This document shows positions 59,801 through 64,000 of a stretch of 64,000 nt of DNA, one piece after another; within the stretch, counting starts at the first letter, position 1, and every line of letters begins with the position of its first letter. The position numbers and the translations under genes were made by a program. The notes beneath the pieces are model-generated. The model was not told the origin of the DNA. It saw only the letters and a program-made list of their open reading frames with translations, and ran no database searches. The stretch is from the sequence record PV158447.1. One strand, given 5' to 3'.

Positions 59801-61133
59801 TCGGAGAACACGTGGACAACAACCTAACTACGAAGGGATTATCTCTGAAGCGGGTAAGGACTCGGGTAAAGTTGGTTTTATCAGTTACTTAACTTCCGAT
59901 CCGAAGATCGCTGACTTGGGTGGTAATGTTAACGTTAAGGAGAAAACGACCAAAGCGGGACGGATGAGTATTACTGGTAACTTGTTGTACGGGACCACAC
60001 GGGATGATACCAAGAGAAGTTTGTTCTCAGGTGTTCAGCTGAGTCAGTGGATGGCCGCCGACTCATACGGACCCAATCCCATTCGCACTTCCTACGACGC
60101 TCAACTCATCTATCGTAACTCAGAACTCTATGGTTCTATTGCGAAACAAGATGGTGTTGTGAAGAGTGTTGATAAATATGGCATCGTCGTCACGTACCAA
60201 GATGGTTCCGAAGGAAAGTTCCCTTTAGGTTATGACATCGGTAAGGGAGCGGGGGAATATCACAAACACAATAAAGTCACTGATGTTAAACCAGGTGATA
60301 AATTTGTGAAAGGGAAGGTGTTGGCTTGGGACGAATGTTTCTTTACTCGTGATGTGGCTGACCCTAATCGTGTTACCACCAAAATCGGAACCATGACTCG
60401 TATTTGGCTGGTAGAAGATCAGTTTACCTTTGAGGATTCCCTGGGGATCGCTAAGGAGTATGCTGACAAGACCAGAACACCTTACGTTAAACAAAACCAT
60501 CTCTCCGCTGCTTTCAACGAACATGTTAATTTGTTCGTTAAAGTAGGTGACCACGTTGAATATGACCAAGTTCTGGCAGAAGTGCAGGATGAAGGCGCTG
60601 CCATGTTCAACGAGTTCAATGATGGAGATATGGTTGGTCTTGATCGATTGGGCGTTAAACAAGAGAAAGCGAAACATACCGGTCGAGTTACCAAGATCGA
60701 ACTGTTGTACAACGGTGATCCGGAAACAGCCACTCAATCTGTTCAGCAGTTGATTAAACAACAGGACAGTTATCGTAGTAAAGTTGCTAACTACAAGAAA
60801 GACACAGCCACCACTGGTTCTGTGGGCGGTCATACTTCTATCGGTAAGAGTAAAATCTATATCGATACGCTGGTTTTGAATATCTACATCGAAGCTGACT
60901 TAGCAACTACCGTTGCGGATAAGTTTGTTGCGGGAAACCAGATGAAAGGTACCGTTGCCTATATCTACCCGAACCCGATCACCACCCCGGACGGTCGGAT
61001 AGTGGATATGACGTTCTCTGTGAAGTCGTTGCTGAACCGAATGGTATTGAGTCTTCGTGATAAACTAGTTGGTAATGAAACAAACTGGGTTTACACTCAT
61101 CGATTGATTAACAAATATGGGAGATATGATTGA
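56826..61133 (+). CDS. Virion RNA polymerase beta subunit, N-terminal part (phiKZ gp178-like, 1435 aa)
   Basis: QQPNYEGIISEAGKDSGKVG, SLFSGVQLSQ, FTFEDSLGI, ADKFVAGNQMKG; synteny with gp180/gp181-like genes. Confidence 0.88.
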   Translation: MFTKEQLGFPLIDGSEAGQYSQFLKVWGTRERVNDIINPKNPLIGDVVLPRNSVIHYQQHHPGEMGPSNQAAFISNYDAQVNIYFWPDFDAPLGVVKNVLFNFTKEIKKYESGHFKYKRARNYQTVIGKPGELLVNNMALRQVPITYNRQTFFTPFQNQYNVLHNLITAVNQFAVNDIHQFAEFRLPRVFPSYTRLLQSFEKYKRFFDDNGNITRYEKEALRDFQADQNYWFLDLFGILIGYDEAKYSQFNKLSEKARGQLEMIFTYEGKCWIVNLQTLINLLSSEDKPNAKGPSPSKYKYFKRFYLALFNLVTPMVEEIKEQTSDEESEGSKETQEGKGTGTVGKGDSANKDKVPSTNPNPLADVYINTNGPSESPVPPVLEQTTDGSGDPESPDEIWEREVDDAVFESATVESASITTGKVKYGPTAAIDRILSERARKGTLTSKEKEYFTNIANSYKDIEFGGKSLEEIINVTPEDLKLKTEQLGPDSPIITDNSVMHSRVAQLSNQYREELLERDIISSLVMGAQSGGFAVLDMDRETIITAESKFDVYTMKVQPIPEGSQSTRRFRIPRVDEDNTFTIGDVKMYGQKVRMEIPIRKISRTKVALTSYYDKKIMVERSPYRVNNFGEWLKSNIIQKSYTDKSLSIQLGGYTPSQQKVCWYYSILASRFKLIENPQIHLNFNTDELIGDNKDWRRLCNEETWVVGVEDGVPVLIDNTGLITVDGSERGYVEELLGLPMHKAPVPNTTMNINGYKFQTIVVLSYWVGFSEIMKRLKPTFRIVEPGQRVNLSPDEYMVQFADERLVFNRREPLATLVFSGLNNLPGIRNFSRAQLDDPSVWFSIVGDSKVKPSHFGEMSQMFNQFIDPMTARELVKLKEPQVLDQLILRAIEMLTNNETLPEVEITEQRLVGYERFAGHVYREYVKSTRQFRNKPGGVKKTFDLNPESIMMNILTDSSFQSVEEVNPVHQVKQEEEVTFGGSFGRSDQAMVRRTRGQQPNYEGIISEAGKDSGKVGFISYLTSDPKIADLGGNVNVKEKTTKAGRMSITGNLLYGTTRDDTKRSLFSGVQLSQWMAADSYGPNPIRTSYDAQLIYRNSELYGSIAKQDGVVKSVDKYGIVVTYQDGSEGKFPLGYDIGKGAGEYHKHNKVTDVKPGDKFVKGKVLAWDECFFTRDVADPNRVTTKIGTMTRIWLVEDQFTFEDSLGIAKEYADKTRTPYVKQNHLSAAFNEHVNLFVKVGDHVEYDQVLAEVQDEGAAMFNEFNDGDMVGLDRLGVKQEKAKHTGRVTKIELLYNGDPETATQSVQQLIKQQDSYRSKVANYKKDTATTGSVGGHTSIGKSKIYIDTLVLNIYIEADLATTVADKFVAGNQMKGTVAYIYPNPITTPDGRIVDMTFSVKSLLNRMVLSLRDKLVGNETNWVYTHRLINKYGRYD

Positions 61134-63058
61134 TGAACAATCGTGAAACTTTTGGGGTGAAAACTATCCAAAGTCTTCTGCGAGAAGTTGGTCTCTATGG
61201 AGGGCGTATTGACGCCCTCTTTGGGAAGGGCTGTGTAGAAGGCATTAAACAGCTGGTCGCTAATGCGAATCCCAACTACAATCCACTGATTACTGTTCCG
61301 GTGATGGATCGTGCTCCTGATATCTTTAAGTGGGTACAGGAATACATTGTTCGGGCCGGCATGGCTCCAACTGACTTTAAGGTGGACGGTTTCTGGGGTT
61401 CTGGTACGGAAGGTGAACTGAAGAAGTTGGTTAACCTTTATGGTGTGAAGAACAACATTCCGGAATACAGTTACGCTTGGACTGCACATCCTCGTCTTAC
61501 TAAGGACGTGGTAGAGAAAGTAGAGAAGTGGATGGAGAAGTGGGGTAAACCACTCTATCATGTAAACTACCTATTCAGTTGTATCGCACTGGAAACGGGC
61601 AAGACTTTTGATCCTGCAATAACAAATCCTCATAGCAAAGCTTGCGTCGACACTGAAACCGAAATTCTCACCACAACCGGATTTAAAAGGTATGACGAAG
61701 TTAATGTAGGTGACGCTATTTGGTCTTTCAATTCTGAGAAAGAAGTGTTTGAAAGAGACGTGATTTTGGACAAAATTGTGAAGCCAAGTGAACACAATTA
61801 CGAGATGTCTTCGAGATCATTCTCCGCGTTGTCCAGTCACGACCATAGATGGTATTTGTGGAAGCGTTTTTTCTGTAGGACTGACAACACCCCAGAGTAC
61901 ATTGTTAAAACTTCTGAGGAAATGGCTGATCTGAAAACCTCGGCACATCACTCGATCCCACATCCAAGCGTGAGTTATGTAATAGGAAATAAAGGAACTT
62001 TCGTGGGAAATCGAAAAATTTACAAACTCCTCGGATTACTAGCCGGTGATGGTTCCATTTCCGTTAAGCACAAGAGGGTTGAAATGAATTGTCATTCATA
62101 TAAGACCCCCTGGGAAATGGCTGCCATGCTGGACTGTTTAGAAAACTTATTTGACGAGTCAGAATACACATTACGTGACATGGGTCACGAAATGGTACGC
62201 TGGGGATTTAAATCTAAAGCCAGTGAGTACATACTTTCATTTTTTGATACGGACTACAATAAAGATAGAAAAGGTCCGTTTATCAAAAAGATAAAACCAT
62301 CCGTACTCTCTCAAATGGGTTTCTTGGAGGCAAAAGAACTACTCGATGGTTATATGTGTTCTGATGGTCATAGGTCGAATATAAACAACACTAGATCGTT
62401 CCGTAATACTAGAAAAGAGATTATTGATGATTTCATGTTTACCGCCGTCATGGCTGGGGAAAACCCTAGAGAAGTTACGGTCCAGAGACGAGAGGGAGGT
62501 GTTCACACATTTCCTGGGGGAAGAGTTTGTAACATAAAACCTATACACACGGTCTATCTCAGGATGTATGATAAAACATCCTGTATGAAGGCGCAGTTGA
62601 AAGTAACCAAAAATACCGACAAGATAACAGTTTGGTGCCCCACCACTAAGAACAGCACTTGGGTAGCTAGACGGAATGGAACAGTCTACATAACCGGAAA
62701 TTGTGGTCTGATACAGTTCATGCCAAAGACAACGATGCCGGATCTTGGTGTGACTGACGATCAGCTCAAAGTGATGTCAGTTTATGACCAGCTGGACTGG
62801 GTCTTCAAATACTTTGAAAAGTACGGGTACATTAAGAAGTGTGCTCGACTGGAAGATTATTACCTTTCTATTTTCTATCCTGCCCATGTAGGGAAAGATC
62901 CGAACCTTGTCGTAGGGAAAGAAGGAACCAAGTTGTATAACCAGAATTCCGGTTTCGATTCCGAGAAGAAAGGTTATTACACTGTTGGTGATATCGGTGC
63001 TGCGGTAAGTTCTTTCTACTGGGAAGGGATGGCTCCAGAAAAACGTTTAGTCAAATAA
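61133..63058 (+). CDS. Modular endolysin (two PG-binding repeats plus lysozyme-like/SLT domain) interrupted by an intein; 641 aa precursor, 288 aa spliced
   Basis: IQSLL...IDALFGKG and VQEYI...VDGFWGSGT repeats; ALETGKTFDPAITNPHSKA|CGLIQFMP; TGATG overlap with beta. Confidence 0.85.
   Translation: MNNRETFGVKTIQSLLREVGLYGGRIDALFGKGCVEGIKQLVANANPNYNPLITVPVMDRAPDIFKWVQEYIVRAGMAPTDFKVDGFWGSGTEGELKKLVNLYGVKNNIPEYSYAWTAHPRLTKDVVEKVEKWMEKWGKPLYHVNYLFSCIALETGKTFDPAITNPHSKACVDTETEILTTTGFKRYDEVNVGDAIWSFNSEKEVFERDVILDKIVKPSEHNYEMSSRSFSALSSHDHRWYLWKRFFCRTDNTPEYIVKTSEEMADLKTSAHHSIPHPSVSYVIGNKGTFVGNRKIYKLLGLLAGDGSISVKHKRVEMNCHSYKTPWEMAAMLDCLENLFDESEYTLRDMGHEMVRWGFKSKASEYILSFFDTDYNKDRKGPFIKKIKPSVLSQMGFLEAKELLDGYMCSDGHRSNINNTRSFRNTRKEIIDDFMFTAVMAGENPREVTVQRREGGVHTFPGGRVCNIKPIHTVYLRMYDKTSCMKAQLKVTKNTDKITVWCPTTKNSTWVARRNGTVYITGNCGLIQFMPKTTMPDLGVTDDQLKVMSVYDQLDWVFKYFEKYGYIKKCARLEDYYLSIFYPAHVGKDPNLVVGKEGTKLYNQNSGFDSEKKGYYTVGDIGAAVSSFYWEGMAPEKRLVK
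61643..62701 (+). mobile_element. Intein with LAGLIDADG homing endonuclease (353 aa)
   Basis: Block A CVDTETEILTTTGFK, block B SSHDHRW, LAGLIDADG motifs LLGLLAGDGS and LLDGYMCSDG, block F VWCPTT, block G YITGN followed by Cys+1. Confidence 0.92.
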
Positions 63059-63064
63059 GGCATT

Positions 63065-63235
63065 ATGACAATGGACCAAGAAGTTGCTAACATCATCACT
63101 GTTTCCAATATGTATGAAGTGGTCAGTATGACACTGAAGAAAGTTGGTTACGAATTCCAAGCCCCACTCACTGACGCCGAAGAGCAAGAAGTGATCTCTC
63201 GCAAAATCAACGAATGTGTTCTGGGGGATAAATAA
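63065..63235 (+). CDS. Small hypothetical protein (56 aa), below the ORF-track cutoff
   Basis: TAAGG SD; MTMDQEVANII...VLGDK; stop overlaps the next ATG. Confidence 0.6.
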   Translation: MTMDQEVANIITVSNMYEVVSMTLKKVGYEFQAPLTDAEEQEVISRKINECVLGDK

Positions 63236-64000
63236 TGATTCGTCAAAGTACTGTACTGGTAGCAACTCCGATTGCTGCTGAACTCTCTCAGAAGAACGTC
63301 GATCTGTCTGAACGAGTAGGACCTATCGTACAAGGTCTGAACGAAACCACTGCTGCGATTGTCGGTTTTAACATGGATAACGTGGCTGTCGATCTTCCTG
63401 ACTACACTGGTGCTGTTTCCGAACACACTGAAGTGATCGGTCCGGTTACCGACAAACTGGCAGAAGTGATTCGTGGTGCTCTGTACACCATCAGTCATTT
63501 CGTTAAACCGATCTGTGTCCGAGCTGACGAGTTGGTGAAACAACAGGCAGGCAACACCGATCCCATTGACGTTGTTTTCGGTTATCTGGATGTTCGTCAG
63601 GTCAATCTGGAACCCGAGTTCCTGACGTCTCCGTTCTGTCCGTCTGAAGTTCCTGCTGCGCTGCAAGAAGTTCCTCGGGTAAAATTGGATCTGTTGCTGA
63701 AGGGGAGCTATCCTCAGTTGTCCGGTGACGAAGTTCGGGACATGGTATATGTGGATATCCCCACGTTGTACACTTTCACCGATAATCCGGAAGAACTTGG
63801 TCGAATCTACCGACAGGTGTTTGTTGAAAACAACTGGTGGGAACTGTTCGATTACAAAGCCATTGATCAAGGTATCGTCGATACCGCGTCCAATGATAAC
63901 GTGATGAACTTTAACAAGTTCCGTCCTCTGGTTATCGCTAACCTGATCATCAACCGCTTGTGTGCGATGGAAGGTCCTCTGGAAGGTGTCACTGGTGTTT
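63235..64000 (+). CDS. Probable virion protein, partial (runs off the right edge)
   Basis: TAATG-coupled start MIRQSTVLVATPIAAEL..., stop-free to the window end. Confidence 0.65.
   Translation, partial: MIRQSTVLVATPIAAELSQKNVDLSERVGPIVQGLNETTAAIVGFNMDNVAVDLPDYTGAVSEHTEVIGPVTDKLAEVIRGALYTISHFVKPICVRADELVKQQAGNTDPIDVVFGYLDVRQVNLEPEFLTSPFCPSEVPAALQEVPRVKLDLLLKGSYPQLSGDEVRDMVYVDIPTLYTFTDNPEELGRIYRQVFVENNWWELFDYKAIDQGIVDTASNDNVMNFNKFRPLVIANLIINRLCAMEGPLEGVTGV

Noticed and set aside
1-64000. tRNA, rRNA, chimallin or PhuZ genes
   Set aside because: No cloverleaf, rRNA or matching protein motifs recognised by eye; a tRNAscan or HMM search would be needed to exclude them

Overview
A 64 kb segment of a phiKZ-related (Chimalliviridae-like) jumbo phage genome. 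The assignment rests on split virion RNA polymerase subunits (beta-N, beta-C, beta'-N), a gp181-like giant tail protein, a UvsX-like recombinase and a phage chaperonin; host and exact phage cannot be determined from the sequence. From left to right: a 3'-truncated beta-rich tail-fibre-like gene and nrdB on the minus strand; a roughly 25 kb plus-strand early/accessory block (4.1-29.7 kb) with six copies of a conserved AT-rich promoter (a seventh is at 43.2 kb), holding many hypothetical genes, two minimal kinase-fold proteins, a proteasome/HslV-like Ntn protein, a metallophosphoesterase, thyA, a HAD hydrolase, a GNAT, folA, a ClpP-like protease, a GroEL-like chaperonin and tdk; then a core block of structural genes, an RNase H-like gene, an SF2 helicase, UvsX, RNAP beta-C, tail genes and a coupled RNAP beta'-beta-endolysin run. 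The strongest hidden features are a 256-nt ORF-less group I intron splitting the RNAP catalytic DFDG|D motif and a 353-aa LAGLIDADG intein inside the catalytic domain of a modular endolysin. Also notable are the two C-lobe-less mini-kinases, a standalone paralog of the tail-fibre N-terminal domain, and a gene broken by a homopolymer frameshift. No tRNA, rRNA or CRISPR array was seen. All functional calls come from motif recognition by eye, not database searches.
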